From NCBI GenBank assembly GCA_013239625.1, contig MU054166.1:384598-448597 (forward strand): DNA of 64,000 nt, in the 5' to 3' direction. Made by a program: the position numbers and the translations under genes. This DNA comes from Lama guanicoe. Lineage: Eukaryota. Each line of letters opens with the position of its first letter. Positions within the stretch are counted from its first letter, which is position 1. The notes under the pieces are model-generated. The model ran no database searches and was not told where the DNA came from. It saw nothing but the letters and a program-made list of their open reading frames with translations. Shown in pieces: positions 1 to 15,219 of the stretch.

Positions 1-3000
1 AACCACCTCTGTGTCTCTGGCATGATCTCCACTTGGTCATGATATATAATATTTTTTTCTGTGTTGTTGGGTTGTATTTGCTACTATTTTGGTGAGGATT
101 TTGGCGTGTGTTTTCATCAGTGATATTGGCCTATAATCCTCTTTTTTGGTAGTTTCTTTGCCTAGTTGTGGTATCAGGGTGATTGTGGCTTTATAGAATG
201 TCTTTGGGAGTATTCCTACCTTTTCAATCTTCTGGAAGAATTTGAGAAGGACTGGTATGAGTTTTTCTTTTTTGTTTGGTAGAATTCCGCTGTGAATCCA
301 TCCGCTCCTGGGCTGTTATTTGTAGGGAGGTTTTATATTGCTATTTTGAATTCATTTCTTGTGCTCTGTTTGTGCAAGTGGTCAGTTTCATCTTCATTCT
401 GTCTTGGTGGACAGTATGTTTCCAGAAATTGTTCATCTCTTCTAGGTTATACAGTTTGATTCCATATACTCTTCATAATATTCTCATATGATATACTGTA
501 TTTCTATTTTTTTGTTGTAATTTCTCCATTCTCCTTTCTTAGTTAGCTAATTTGTGCTCTCTCTCTGTTCTTCTTTTTGAGTTTGGCCAGAGGTATGTCG
601 ATTTTACTTACTTTTTGGAAAAACCAGCTTTTGGATTTGTTGACTTTTTTCTATGGTCTTTTTAATCTCTATTTTATTTATTTCCTCCCCAATATTGATG
701 ATTTCTTTCCTTGTGCTGCCTTTTAGGTTTTTGTTCTTTTTCTTGTTCATTCTGCTGGTGGGTTCAATTGTTTATTTGTGGATGTTTTTCATTTTTGAGG
801 AACGTCTGTATCACTACAAACTCCCCTCTCAGCACTGCTTTTACTGTGTCCCATAAATATTGAATTATTTTCCTTTCATTTTCTTTTGTCTCAAGGTAAT
901 TTTTCATTTCAGCTTTGATATCTTCATTGACCCATTGGGTTTTTAATAACATATTGTTTAATCCCCATTTTTTCCTTTGTTCTCCTTTGTTTCTCTGCTG
1001 TTGATTTCTTACTTCATTGCATTGTGGTCAGTAAAGATGCTTGAGGTAATTTCTATCTTCTTAAAATTGCTGAGGTTTCTTTTGTGCCCAAGTACATCAT
1101 GAATCCTGGAAAATGTTCCTCGTGCACTTGAAAAGAATGTATATCCTATTTTGGGGGTTGCAATGCTCTGAAAATATCCACCAAGTCTAATATTTCTATT
1201 GTATTATTTAATTTTTCTATTGCCTAATTTATTTTCTGTCTCGATGATCTGTCCAGTGATGTTAATGCAGTGTTGAAATCTACAAATATGACTCCCATTT
1301 TATACCTGTTGGTAATTATTTTATGTACTTAGGTGCTCCTGTATTTGGTGCATATGTATTAATGGGTGTGCTATCCTCATATTGTATCACTCCTTCAATC
1401 ATTATAAAATGTCCTTCTTTTTCTTTCTTTATGGCCTTTGTTTTAAAGACTATTTTGTCTGAAATCAGTAATGCAACAACTGTTTTTTTGGCTTTTCCAA
1501 TTGTATGGGATACCCTTTTCCATCCTTTCACTGTCAGTCTAAATGTGTCCTTCTCTCTGAAGTGGGTCTATTCTATGCAGCATATTGAATGGTCTTGCTT
1601 TATTATCCAGCCTGCTACTCTGTGACTTTCGACTGGAGCATTTAATCCAGTAACATTTACAATAATTGATGATAGGCTTGTGTTTATTGCCAATTTGACC
1701 TTATCTTTGCAGTTGATTTGGTATTTCCTCTTTGTTACTTTCATCTTCCTTTTATGGTTTGGTAATTTTTCTTTGTATTATCAAGAATTTTACTTAGTTT
1801 TAGTGACTCCCTGATAAGTTTTTGTCTTCTTGTTACCCTTTTTTATAAGTCCATTAGGCCATTACTATAACTGATTCTATTAAACTGATAGTAAGATGAT
1901 CTCAAACCCACCCTACTGAGAACAAAAAATTTTAAAATAAAAGACCAAAAAAAAAAAATTCTGTATTTTCCTGCCTCCCTCTCCGACTCTCAATGCTTTG
2001 TATGCCTTGTTTTAAAATTTTTTGTTTATTTTATTTGTAATTCATGATTTATCACATTTCAATTTGTGAGTTTCATATTTCTGTAGCATCCTGCTGCTAT
2101 TCTTTTTAGAGTAGACCTTTCAATATTTCTTTTAGCATGGGTCTAATGCTGCTAAACTCTTTAAGCTTTTTCTTGTCTGTGAAATCCTTTATTTCTACAT
2201 TTACCAAATAGAACAGCATTGCTGGTCAAAGTATAGTACTGTATATAATTTTTTTCATTCAGGACTTTGAATATATCTTGCCACTCCCTTCTGGGCTGTA
2301 GTATTTGTGTAGAGAAATCAGCTGTTATCCTTATGGGGATTCCCTTGTAACACATATTTTACTATTCTCTTGCTGTCTTTAGGATCATTTCTTTATCCTT
2401 GACTCTCGCCATCCTAATTATATATCTTGGTGAGGGTGTATTTGTGTTCTTCCTGTTTGGGACACTCTGAGCTTCCTGTACTTGGATATCTGATTCCTTC
2501 TTTAAGTTTCGGAAGTTCTCAGTCATGATTTCTACAAAAGCTTTTGCAATCACCTTTGATACTTATTCCCCTTCTAGGACTTGTATCATGCCAAGATTGG
2601 AATGCTTTCTATTATCCCATAGGTCCCTTACGCTTTTTTCATTTGTTTCTCATTGTTTCTCTTGTAGCTCTTCTGATTGGATGCTTTCTATTTTCCTGTC
2701 TTCTAAGTCACTAATTCATTCTGCTGCATTATTTAGTCAGCTTTTCTACACCTTTAAATCATTCCTCATCTCAGTCAACATATTTATTTATTCTACTCGG
2801 CTCTTCTTAATAGCTTCCATTTCATTTTTGACATATTTTGTATCTCTAAACACTATCTCTTTTATTTCCTTCAGTACTTTGATCACTCCATATTTGAAAT
2901 CTTGATCTAGTTGGATATCAATGTCTATTACACTGATCATTCTTTCAGGGGATTTCTCTTGTTCTTTTAATTAGGATAGGTGTCACTTCTTATTCAACTT

Positions 3001-4604
3001 TCTTCTACATCTCTGGCACTATGGTTTATGGAGTATCAGTTATCCACTCTGGTCCTAAAGGAGTTTATCTACCAAATGCCTATGTAGTTATATAACTTAG
3101 AAAATAGAAAAAAGAGAGTGTGAGATAAAGAATTTTAAAGAAGGGAGGAATAAAAGTTTGAAGACATTGTATAATGAATAATAGAAAAGGAAATTGAAGC
3201 AGTGTTTTGAAAAATAATAAAAATTAAAACATTTTTAAAAATTTCAAAGGGATAAAAATGGGGGTATATATAATTCAATTAGAAGTAAACTTAAAAGAGT
3301 AATAGAAAATGGAGCAGGTAAAAACAGATTAATACAAGGGGGTGGTCAGTGTCCTCCTGGAGACTGTGTACATTTAATGTGAAGTCTCTTTATTCATCCT
3401 GATTTGGAAGCTCATCTTTTTGTTTCCAGAGGCCCTCCATTGGAGACCTCATCTGTGCTGCTCCTAGGGCATGTCGGCAAGCTGATTGCTTCTACACCCA
3501 ACACTGGGTCTGATGAAGTTCTCTTTACTCTGGGATGGATTGTCAATGCCCTGCCCGATGTTGCAGTCAGATGTTGCAGACTGACCAGGCAGAATTAGGC
3601 ATCATGCCCTCACCCAGCACCATGGTCAGTGGCTGTATCCCAGCCGAAAATTTGAGGAGCCACACGCCCCCTCAGGTTGCCAATAACTCTGCTGCTCTGT
3701 GCCACTCTATACTCTGCTTTGGGTTTGCACACCAGAAGTGGGCTCAGGGAAGACTGAGGGACAGCCCTGTCCCTGATCTGGGCCAAAATCCTACTACTTG
3801 TTTGTCTTGTCAGACAAGATCTCTAAGGAACCAGACAGTAGAATCCTATCTGCCGCAGGTTATAGACAAGTCTCTCTCTGGCCCTTAAGGTTGCTAATTC
3901 CTTAGGTGTAGATGCAGGTTTTGCCCCCACTGCCACCTGGGTGTAAAGCACCAGAGGATATGGTGGCTGTGTCTGAGCCCCTGCTCTATTCACCTAGAAA
4001 CTTTTCTGGAATTTCAGAGATGGGGAATGCACCCTTCCACCAACAGGGCACGTCTGCCCTGTTGTTTTATGGAGGGCCCAGGTTGTTCTGCCCTGTGCAC
4101 CCACAAGAATTGCACACAGCCACCTATGTTCCCCAGGGCTGCATCAGTGCAGCCATCCCCATCTTCCACCCAGGTCAGGCAGCATAGCCCTGCCCCAAGC
4201 TTCCAGGCTGCATCTTCAGCTGTGTGTCACAGGGATCCTCTGTGCCTGCTTAACTTAGTTCTGTCAGTCAACTTATACTATGTACATGTCCAAACTTTGG
4301 AGACTCCCCCTCCATCCTGCTGATCTCTCAGTTGGAGATGGGAGACACAATAAATGAGCACCAGCCCTTCTTTGCTGCTCCCTCCCTGTGGGACCTGTCC
4401 CACTCTGTTTAGCATTTTCTTCTTTCTTTCTTCCTTTTCTCCTGCCTGATTATTCACATTTTTTCTATTGAAGAGGACAATGTACTGTCAGAGTTTTGCA
4501 GGTTCTCTGGTTAGCTGACTGGGTCTGTGGATGTGAGTCTTGGTGCATCTGTGGGAAAGGTTGAGCTACGAGCATCTTTCTTCTCCATCATCATTGCCTC
4601 CCCC
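1..4604 (-). mobile_element. LINE-1 5' half (5' UTR, ORF1, ORF2 endonuclease), degenerate
   Basis: Minus-strand peptides MKGWKRVSH...VALLISDKIVFK (endonuclease), YKGIPIRITADFS..REWQDIFKVL and ENFRNLKKESDIQVQEAQ (ORF1). GC-richer 5' UTR at ~3350-4600. Confidence 0.9.
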
Positions 4605-4619
4605 CAAAAAAGCCTCACT

Positions 4620-7600
4620 GTATTGTGGGAGATAAACATAGACTGGAAATAAATGGAAAAGATATTCCATGGAAATGAGAAGAAAGTGCAGATTGCAATG
4701 CTCAACTCATAACAAACGTTTTAAAATAGGGGCCAAATTAAAACAAATATGAGCTTATATAAAGGAAAAGAGATCAATTAAACAATAAGGTATTTACACC
4801 CATTAAATTATATATGGACCCAAAACAGTAGATCCTAAATATAAAATGAAATTTTAGTAGACATGAAGGAATTAATTTATTATAAAACAATAATAGTAGA
4901 TGAGTTTAACAGCTCACTATTCTGATAGCCAGATCATACAGAAAGAATATCTGTAAGGAGACAAAGATCTTAATAGCATATTGTATCATTTGACACTAAC
5001 TGAGTTATTGGACACTGCATCAGAAAAGCAGATCACATAAACTTTTCAAGTGTGCACAGGATGTTATCTAATGAATTAACCACATATTATGTCATGAAAT
5101 GAGCCTCAGGAACTTTAAGCAAATATAGATTACAGCAGGTATTTTTCCATACACAAAATTAAGGAATTGTGCATCAACTCTAGAAAGAAGAATAGGAAAA
5201 GAACAAACATGAGGTCAAACCACATCCTTTAAAAAAATAAAATAAAACAAGGTCAATGATGAAATCAAAGAGGTAATAAAATCATACGTAGAGTAAAATT
5301 ACAATGAAAACACAGCTTCATAAAANNNNNNNNNNNNNNNNNNNNNNNNNNNNNNNNNNNNNNNNNNNNNNNNNNNNNNNNNNNNNNNNNNNNNNNNNNN
5401 NNNNNNNNNNNNNNNNNNNNNNNNNNNNNNNNNNNNNNNNNNNNNNNNNNNNNNNNNNNNNNNNNNNNNNNNNNNNNNNNNNNNNNNNNNNNNNNNNNNN
5501 NNNNNAAAAAATAAAAATCATAAAATCAACCGCTTAAATTTTTTTAAAAAATATTGACAAACAGATAAGCATTTAGCCAGGCTTATCAAGAAATACAGAG
5601 AATGGACCCAAACAAAATAAGAAATGAAACAGTAGAAATAAAATTTGATATTACAGAAATACTAAAAGAAGATTATGAAAGCAGTCTGAGCTGTTACGTG
5701 ACAGTCATCTGAACAACCTAAAATAAATGGACAAATTTCTAGGAACCTACAGCCTGCCAACACTCAATAAAGAGAAAACTGAGAACATGATAAGAGCAAT
5801 CAGTTTACGTTGAATAAAATGTATAATTTTAGAAATACCCCTTGATCAAAATGCCTGGATTACTTCACTAACACCTCTTTCCCCTAAATATTTTTAAAAA
5901 TGAAGGAGGAAGGAATATTCCCAGTTATTCAGGAGGAAGGAAAATTCCCAAAGTTATTCTATGAGGCCACCATTACCCTGATAACAAACCAGTCAAAGAC
6001 ACTACCAAAAAAAAAAAAGAAAATGTAAATCCAATATCATTGATGAATTATGGTATACATTCAAAAATCCTCGAAAAACACCAACAAATGAATCCAGCAA
6101 TAATAAGAAATGATTATACACGATGATCAGTTGGATTCCTTTCAAAGTCTCAAGGATGGTTCAACATACACAAGTCAAGCAGCATGACACATATCTAATA
6201 AAGGAAGGACAAAATTCAAAAGACCATATCAATACACAAAAAAAGTCATTTGAAAAAATTCAACATACATTCATCATCAGAACTCTCATGAATGTGAGTA
6301 CAATTGGAACATTTCTCAACATACTAAAGTCCATTTATAACAATTAATAACACTCAGGGGAATTGCTGAAAGCCTTCTTGGAAAATTCGGGAACAAGACA
6401 AGGATTCCTACTCTCACAACTTCTGTTCAATAGTAATAGAAGAAAGGAAAAGGGAAAGAAAAAGAAGTAAAAGAAATACAAAATGGAAAGAAATAGGCAA
6501 AATTTTCAGCAGTACTGAAGGCATAAAATTCTACACAGAGAGTCCTAAGGGCTCCACACTGACTATTATGAACAATGAATAATTTCATCAAGGGAGCAGG
6601 GTACGAGATTAATATAAAGATGTCTCTTGAATATGTCCACATTAATCATGAGATACATAAAATGGACGTTGAAAGCAATAATATTTAAAACCCCATAACC
6701 CCGAATATCTTGGAATAAATGTAACCACATATGTGAAACATCTACACACTGAAAATGATGAAACATTGACAAAGAAATTATACATGATTAAAAGAAATGG
6801 AAAGATGTCTTGGTCTTGGATAGAAAGAGTTCATATTGTTAACATGGGCATACTACACAAAGATACCTAAGGATTTAGTGCAATTCCTGTTATGAAGCTG
6901 TAGTATTTTCCACAGAACCAGAAAATAAATAACTCTAAGTTTTCCATGAAACCATTAAAAATTGCCAAAATGATCTTGAGGAAAAATAACAAATCTGAGG
7001 TATAACCCTCCCGGATACCTTACTCTACTACAAACCTACAGTAATAAAAACACCATGGCATGGCACATAGATATAATAAATAAAAACAGATAGAGAGCCT
7101 AGAAATAATTCCACACACCTATGAGCAATGAATCTATGATAAAAGATGCAAGAGTTCACAATGGAGAAAAGACAGTCTCGTCAATGGATGGTGTTGGGAA
7201 AGCTGGACATCTACATGTAAAACAGTGCAATGAGAGCATTCCCTGACATCATATACAAAAATAAACTCCAAGTGTATTAAAGACCTAAATGTAAGACCTG
7301 ATACTATAAAAGTGCTAGAAGGGAATATAGGTGATACACTATTGGATATACATCATAGGAATATTTTCTTATATCAGTCTCCTAAGGAAAAAGTTATAAA
7401 AGCAAATATAAGCAAGTGAGACCTAAACAAACTTGAAAATTTCTGCACAGCTAAGGACACTGTCAATGAAATGAAAACACTGCCTGTGTAATTGGAGAAC
7501 ATATTTTCAAACAACGCAAGTGACCTGGGGTTAATAGATGTAGGTTAATAAATGTAACATGGATTTAGGTTACACAACTCAAGTTGGAAAACAAAAACCC

Positions 7601-8356
7601 AATCAGAAACAGAAACAGAGTACTTGAGTTAATATTTTTCCAAAGAACACATTCAGATGAGTAAGAGGCAAATGATAAAATTTCTCAACATTACTAATTA
7701 TTACATAATTGCAAATCAAATCCACAATGAGGTATCACTTCACACTTGTCTAATGGCTATTATCAAAAAATCTACAAATAGTAAGTGTTGGAGACGATGT
7801 GGAGGTAAGAAATCTCTTGTATACTCTTGGTAGGAATGTAAATTGGTACAACTTCTAACAAAACATTATTCAGATTTGTTTAAAAACTAAAATTTAACTA
7901 CCATAAGACCCAGTAATAACTTTGCAAGAAAAATCTGGGGAAAACACCCTAAATTGAGAAGAAACAATGTTCAAAACAGCACTGTTTATAATATGCAAGA
8001 CAGGGAAGCAATCCAAATGTCCACAGTAGACTATGGACTTAAGAAGATATGATGTTTCTATAAATATGCAATGGAATATTTCTCAGCCATGAAAAAGTAT
8101 AACACATTGCTATTTCAGCATCATGAAAGGACTTAGTAAATATTGTGCTTAGTGAAGTAACTTAGAAAAAGACAAAAGAATATAATATAATTTATATGTG
8201 GAATCTAAAGTATAACAATTATCTGTGTACATATATTTATAGCTGTCTAATTATAGATGACAGATAGATAGAAGGATAGATACATACATACATGATAGAT
8301 ACTTCAATAGATAGAAATATAAATACATAGATACATAGATAGATAGATAATTTGAC

Positions 8357-8399
<43 letters not shown>

Positions 8400-8730
8400 G
8401 ACATGATGGAGAGGTAAAGAGATTAGATAGGCAAGACTGAAGCAGAGTCCAAAATATGGGAAAAATTTTATGTTTACCAAAGTGGAAGGGAAAGAGAATT
8501 TTATGGTAGGACATTGATAGACACAAAGTAGTATACATTAAGTCGAGAAGCAACAAGGATAATCTGTATAGATTAGGGAATTATACACAATACCTTAAAA
8601 TAATTGTATGTTACAATTATGGTAATAATTCATAATGCAATATATCTACAAAGTGGTTTGAATCACTATGCTGTACATCTGAAACTACACAATATTATAC
8701 ATCTACTGTACTTCAATTAAAATTGAAACA
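4620..8730 (+). mobile_element. LINE-1 ORF2 to 3' UTR, 5'-truncated, degenerate
   Basis: Recognisable L1 ORF2 nucleotide motifs (ttctatgaggccaccattaccctgata; gcaaatcaaa.ccacaatgaggtatcac) and a 3' end ending cttcaattaaaa. Confidence 0.85.
8254..8402. repeat. (GATA)n microsatellite, partly degenerate
   Basis: Direct tandem GATA run, near-perfect from ~8357 to 8400. Confidence 0.9.
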
Positions 8731-8759
8731 TATTGTGTATTTTTTATTTATTTTTCCAC

Positions 8760-10750
8760 TGATAGCATCTTCCATTAATATTGTTTAATTTTACGCTTCA
8801 CTTTTTATGATTACTGTTTTAAATTATTTCTTTTACTCTTGTGAACATGATACCAGTTTTAAGTATCTATACTTATTGCCCCTGATTTCCTATTTTTCTC
8901 TCTTTAATCCATATAGTAGAGTAGCATTTAAGAACATAACCAAAGAAACAGTTGCAACTTTCTCGTGGTCTCTCCTGAGCATTTTGGTCAATCTTTTGCG
9001 TATTTTTGCCATTTTATATTTCCTAGAAGGTTTCTTTTCTACACCTCTTATAAGGTGTCTCGGTTTTGTTTTTTCATCTCATTCTGGATTTGTTTGTCGG
9101 TTAAAGTCTTTACTTTCACATTATATCTAAGTGATAACTGTAAGTATTATTGGAGGAGTGATTTCTTATTTCAGTAATTTGAAAATACAATTTTATTTAC
9201 CCTTGGTGTATGTTTTCTGCTCAGAAATCTGCTGATAGCCTAATGGGGGTTCCTTTGTAGATTGTCAAAATTTTTTTGGCTGAATTTAAAATATTACTCT
9301 GTCATTGACTTGCCTATTTGCATATGGCGTATCTTGAAGGAGGTGCCTTTGTCTTAAAGTTATTGGTCTTTTGTTGACTCACAGAATTGTATATCAGTTC
9401 CTTACAAAGTTTCAGGAAGTTATTGACTATTACTTCTTTAAATACCTAACAGCTGCCTTCTAAATCTCTTCTCCCTCCAGGATTCCAATCTAATGTGCAT
9501 TTCCTGAGGAAGTTTCATGTCTAGTGTTGAATTTCCTCACTTTTTAATATCTTGTATCTCTGCACTCTCCTATCATTTCTACATTTGTATTGGTGAGTTT
9601 TCTATTCTCCCTTCCACCAAGACAGTCTACTTCCAATGCTTTCTGTTGCATTCTTCATCTCATTTATTAAGTTCTCCTGGTCCTCCAATAATATTTGTTT
9701 AATTTATAGTTTCAGTCTCTTTGGTAATGTGTTTCTTATCATAATTTATTTTATTCCTGAACACACTAAACTGCTTTCTCAGTTTTGTTTTTTGTACTGA
9801 GTTTCTGTATGACACCTATTTGGATTCTCTATTAGTTATATGCAATATAACATGACTTTTAAGTTTGTTTGCTGCAAGGTTGACATTGTGTGTGTGTGTT
9901 TGTGTGTGTGCAGGTGTGTGTGTGTGTGTCTGTGTTTGTGTCGGTGTCTGTGTGTGTCCATCTGTGTGTGTGTGCCCTATAATGTTACTGTAATTTTTTC
10001 ATGATCTTGATAAATTATTGCTCTGATGACACTTCATAACTGAATGGGAGTTGGAGTCCTTGTTTTTGTTTTCTGGTAGCTTGCAATATTGCACAATATT
10101 TGATTTTACTTACCTGAGCTACCTCTGATAATATATCAAAATGGCACTTTCCAGTCGCTACTCTCTAGATAAAAGATGTGCTTTCATTGTCACTCCTTAG
10201 ACTTCTTTGGTAGTTAATGCCTGTTGTCACTGGGAATGTGAACCCTTCCTTTTATCTGATATCTCTTGAGAATCAGTGTACACATTGAGGAAAGGTGTAA
10301 AGACAGGTGGGTATTTGGTATCAGGCAAGTGCCTTTGCCACATCAAGTTTTGCAAGGTAACTTGTCTCCACCAATGTGAATGGGGAGTAGGGACAGTTTC
10401 ATGAACGTCTGAGTGTCTGAAGGATGGAATTCCTATCTCCATTGTGGCTCCCTCCTAGTTACCTGTGATCATGAGTACTGGTGCAGTTGGAGACCGAATC
10501 TGTGTATACTGGGTTCACTTCTGGACTCAGATATCCTATTCAGTGGGCCTTCATTGCTGACACCAACTCTGATCTTCCCTCAGTTCAGCATCCTTTGTGT
10601 GTTTTAGTCCACCAAACTTCACCTGTTCTCTTGCGTTCTGGAGTATTGTTTTGTGTTGTAGTTACTTTTGTTCAGATGTTAGCGTTTTACTGATTGTAGA
10701 TGTAAGGGGAGAGACAAAAATAGTTTATACTTATGTCACTTTTAACAGTG
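8760..10750 (-). mobile_element. Older LINE-1 ORF1/5' region
   Basis: ctgctcagaaatctgctgatagcctaatgggggttcctttgtag is the antisense of the L1 ORF1 KGTPIRLSADFS motif. Boundaries are approximate. Confidence 0.65.
9886..9974. repeat. (TG)n microsatellite, interrupted
   Basis: Direct observation. The paralog lies at 49046-49134. Confidence 0.9.
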
Positions 10751-10899
10751 TATACTTTTTCAATTAAACACTTAAATTATACTATGGATATTATAAGAAC
10801 ACTAAGGAAATTGAACAAATCACCTCCCTTAATATCATAGTACTGCAAAATATTTTGATTTTCCTGGGTTGTTTTATTCAATATTTTTCCCACCTACAT

Positions 10900-12520
10900 G
10901 CACATTTTAGTAAAATAGATCCCTATAATCTCTTTAAAATCATTTAAATTATTAAAATATTTCTCTGTGCTGTAAATATAGCCCTGTTGATTCTCTAATT
11001 TATTACTAGTAGCTTGCACAATTCTTTCTTCTCCATCTTTGTTCCCTTTCCCCAAGGGAAACCACTACTTGGTACACTACAGTTATATATATGATACTAT
11101 TTCTGTTTTTTTTATGATTAATTATCTTATATCTTTATTTTCCTCATTTAAGTGACAACGTAGAGTGTTTTTCTCTTTATGACTTATTTTCCTATGTGCA
11201 ACACACTCTGGGTCCAGTCACATTTTTCCAAATGGCAGAATTTTATTTTTTAATATACAATGACTATGTATTTTTTATGTTCTCTATATCTCACATCTAT
11301 TTCAGCTAATCATCTGTTGATGGGCAGTTGAGTTGTGCTTCTAACCTTGGCAACTATAAATGATAATGTTAAGGACATTGGGGTAATATATCCTTTAAGT
11401 TAATTTTTTCATTTTTTTCAGATTTATACCAAAAACTGGAATTGCTGCAACATATAATGCTTCTATTTCTAGTTTTCTGAGCACTGTCCACACTTTAATA
11501 ATAGTGGATGCATCAATTTCTATTTCCAACAACAGTGTACCTGGGTTCCTTCTTATTGACATTCTTATTAATGTTTCTCATTTGTAGACTTTTTGTTAAT
11601 AGCCATTTGGTTGCTGTAAGATTTCATTCTGGTTTTGATTTATGATTTCCTAATGAATAACAACGTTATGTTTCTTTTTATGTGCATGAATATCATCCAC
11701 ATGTCGGTTTTTGAAAAGTTCCCATGAAGATTCTTCAACTTTTAAGTTGGGGTCTTTATTTTTTAAATATTGAGTCTGATATGCTATATATATATTATGG
11801 ATATTAACATCTTGTTGGTGTCATTGTTTGAAATATTTCCTTCTATTCTGTCTGTTATCTTATGTCTTATTGAAGGTTTCCTTTGCTCTGCAAAAGATTT
11901 TCAACTTCACACTTATACAAGAAATAGAATCCCTGTATCGCAAAGTACATTGATTTTTCCTCAGTAAACTAAAAACTCTAATTGTTAGTTTCCATTTTTT
12001 TTTTTGATTTGGAGACAGATCAAAAATAAACATTGCTATGATTTATCTCAAAGTCAGTTCTGCTCCTGTTCTCAGTCAGAAATATTATACTTTCAGGCTT
12101 TACATTTAGGAAATTAATCCATTTTTTCACATTTTTTATACTATGGAAAGAAGTGTTTTTATATCTTCCTTTTACAAGAACTGTCCTTTTATCTCAGAAC
12201 TACTTATTGAAGAGAATGCCTTTTTTCCATTGTATACTCTTGCCTCCTTCTTTGCAGACTAATTGACCATAAGTGTGTGGGTATATTTTTGGACTGNNNN
12301 NNNNNNNNNNNNNNNNNNNNNNNNNNNNNNNNNNNNNNNNNNNNNNNNNNNNNNNNNNNNNNNNNNNNNNNNNNNNNNNNNNNNNNNNNNNNNNNNNNNN
12401 NNNNNNNNNNNNNNNNNNNNNNNNNNNNNNCTGTTCATAAAATAATTTTAGAAACTTTGGTTCTTTTAGATGTATGTATAAATTTCAATATTTTTCTTCT
12501 TGTTTTGTGAAGAAACTTAT
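10900..12520 (-). mobile_element. LINE-1 3' fragment
   Basis: Antisense L1 3' ORF2/UTR motifs (catctgttgatgggcagttgagttg, ctggaattgctg, gactaattgaccataagtgtgtggg). Confidence 0.75.
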
Positions 12521-14977
12521 GGATTCTGTGAAAACACAAATTTACTAAAAGAAAAAACCTGAGAAAAATACTGAAGTGTGGAGGATTAATCATACAATAT
12601 TAACAACAAATGGATTGCTGTATAAATCAAAGAAAAAAACATATAAAGAATTATGACAACAAAAACAAAATACATTGGGCAATACAGATGCAGTATTAAT
12701 AGGGATGCTTATAGCAAAATAATCCCACTTATACAAATAAAAAACATCTCTCTCTTCTAAAATATTCTTACAACCAAAATTTGTAGCAAAATAATAAGAA
12801 AAACATTCTAGTAGAAGGAAAAACAGCTGAAGGGACAGAACATAATTAAATGAAATAAGGATTAAAAAATATAAACATTTAATTAAATAATGGCTTTTGA
12901 AAGATAAATAAAGTTGAAAAACTTTAACCATATACATGAGCAAAAAAGAGTTACAGATTAATTAGCTCAGAAATAAATGAGAAGATACAACTTATATCAA
13001 AGAAACACAAAGCAGCATAAGATGATACAACAAATTATATGCCAATAAAATGGAAATCCTAGAAGAAATGGACAACTTCTTAGAAAGATTTAATCTCCAG
13101 CATGGAATGAGAAAGATAATATGGACAGATTTTCACTAATGAAATTGAATATGTATTTAAAAAAATTTCCCAAGAAACAAAATTCCAGGCTTAGACAGCT
13201 TCACAGGTAATTTCTGCCAAACATTTAGAGAAGAGCCATCACCTATACTTCAAAGAGATTCCCAAAAATTTCAAGAGGAAGGGAGGCTTTCTACCCCACA
13301 TTTCTTTATCACACTACTACTAAAACTGGAACAAATACCTCAAAAATTACAGGTTCACTACTACTGGTAGCATAGATGCAAAAGTCACCACTAAATTGTT
13401 AGCAAATCCAACAATACATTAAGAGGATTATACATTATGATTAAGTCCATTATATTCCAGGGATGCAAAAGTGATTCAATACCACAATTTAACCAGTATG
13501 ATACACCACACAAACAACCTGAAGAATAAAATTATATGGTCATCTCAATAAGGTCATAATTTATTTTGACAAATTCAGTATCTATTATGAATATTTTTCT
13601 CCTCAAAGTGGGCATGAGGAAACATACCTCAACACAGTTAAGGTCATATATGACAAGAACTCAGCTAACATTACACTCACTGATTAAAAGCTGAAAGCAT
13701 TTCCAATAAGAGCAGGAAGAAGGCAAGAATGTTCAATCTTACCACTTTTATTCAGTATAGTCTGGAAATTCAAGCCATAGCTATTCAAAATAAAAGTAAA
13801 TGAAATATTGCTAATTAAGAAAAGGAGTAAAATTATCTGTTCACAGATGACATACTTTAAACAGAAATCCAAAAAATGGTGCCACAAACTACTAGGGCTT
13901 ATCAATGCATTTGGTAAAATTTCTGAATATAAAATTATCATACAGAAATCTTGTGTTTCTACACACTAACAAGAAGCTAACTGATACAGAAAGTGAGGGA
14001 ACTGTCTCAATTATAGTTGAATTACAAAAAAAATTAAGAAATCTATCCAACCAAGGAGGTAAATACCTGTACTCAGATAACTATAAAATATTTATAAGAG
14101 AAATTGAAGATAATGCCAACAGATGAAAGGATATACTGTGTTCGTAGATGAGGAAAAAAATATTGTTTAAATGACACTATTAGTCAACAAAATACACAAA
14201 TAAAATTCATTGCCTATCAAAATTCCAAGGACATTTTCAGACCCTAACAAAAAATAATTGTAAAATTTACATGTAAACACAAAAGAAATGAAATCACTAA
14301 AAAAAAAAGAAAGGAAATAAAACAAACTAAAAAGAGAAATAACTTTAACAAAGAATAAAGAGGATGTATCACTTTCCCTGATTTAAAATATAATACGAAG
14401 CTACAGTATTAAAAAGTATATGTTAATGGCACAGAACAAACAGAATAATGGAACAAATCAGAATGCCTGGAAATTAAATCAGACAGTTATGGTTATTAAG
14501 CTCATTACAAAAAATGAATAAAAAGTGCGGGAAAGGTTACCACATGGCGCATGCAACCGATCAACATCACTAACCATCGGAAAAATACAAGTCCAAAACA
14601 CAATGAGGTTTTATGTCACTCCTGTCAGAATGACTATAATCAAAAAGATAACAAACATAACTGTTGGTTAGGATGTAAGAAAAACAATACTGATGCACTG
14701 CTGGAGTGAATGTAAATATGAGATGTCACTGTGGGAAACAACATGGAGCTTTATCTAAAAATTAAAACTAAAACATTATCCAATATATATATATATTGGG
14801 ATACTAATTCCAAGAAAATAAAAACACTAATTATAAAAGATAAATTCAACCCTATATTCACTGCAGCATTCTCCACAATAGACAGGATATAGAAGCAAAT
14901 TAATTGTTCATCAAATGATGATGGATAAATAAGATGTGTGTTTATTGTATATATATCTACCCATCTTAAGTACATAT

Positions 14978-15025
<48 letters not shown>

Positions 15026-15026
15026 A
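14978..15026. repeat. (TATC)n microsatellite
   Basis: Perfect tandem run. Confidence 0.9.
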
Positions 15027-15219
15027 TGCACACACACACATAAAATTACAATGGGTTATTACTCAGCTCTTAAAAGAATAAGTTCTTGCCATTTGCAACA
15101 AATGGTTTGGCCAAGTGGGTAATATGCTAAGTGAAATAATTCAGAAAGAGAGTGACAAATGCTGAATGATTTTACTCATATTAGGAATTTAAAACAAATG
15201 AAAATAAAAACACAGAAAT

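Noticed and set aside
3404..4323. Cluster of GC-richer plus-strand ORFs (paralogs 40327..41310)
   Set aside because: They lie antisense in the L1 5' UTR, frames are not consistently kept between paralogs, and I recognise no protein.
8807..9130. Hydrophobic ~100-aa ORFs (also 19142..19474, 45722..46045)
   Set aside because: T-rich antisense-L1 or AT-rich sequence naturally gives F/L/I-rich ORFs. No homology was recognised.
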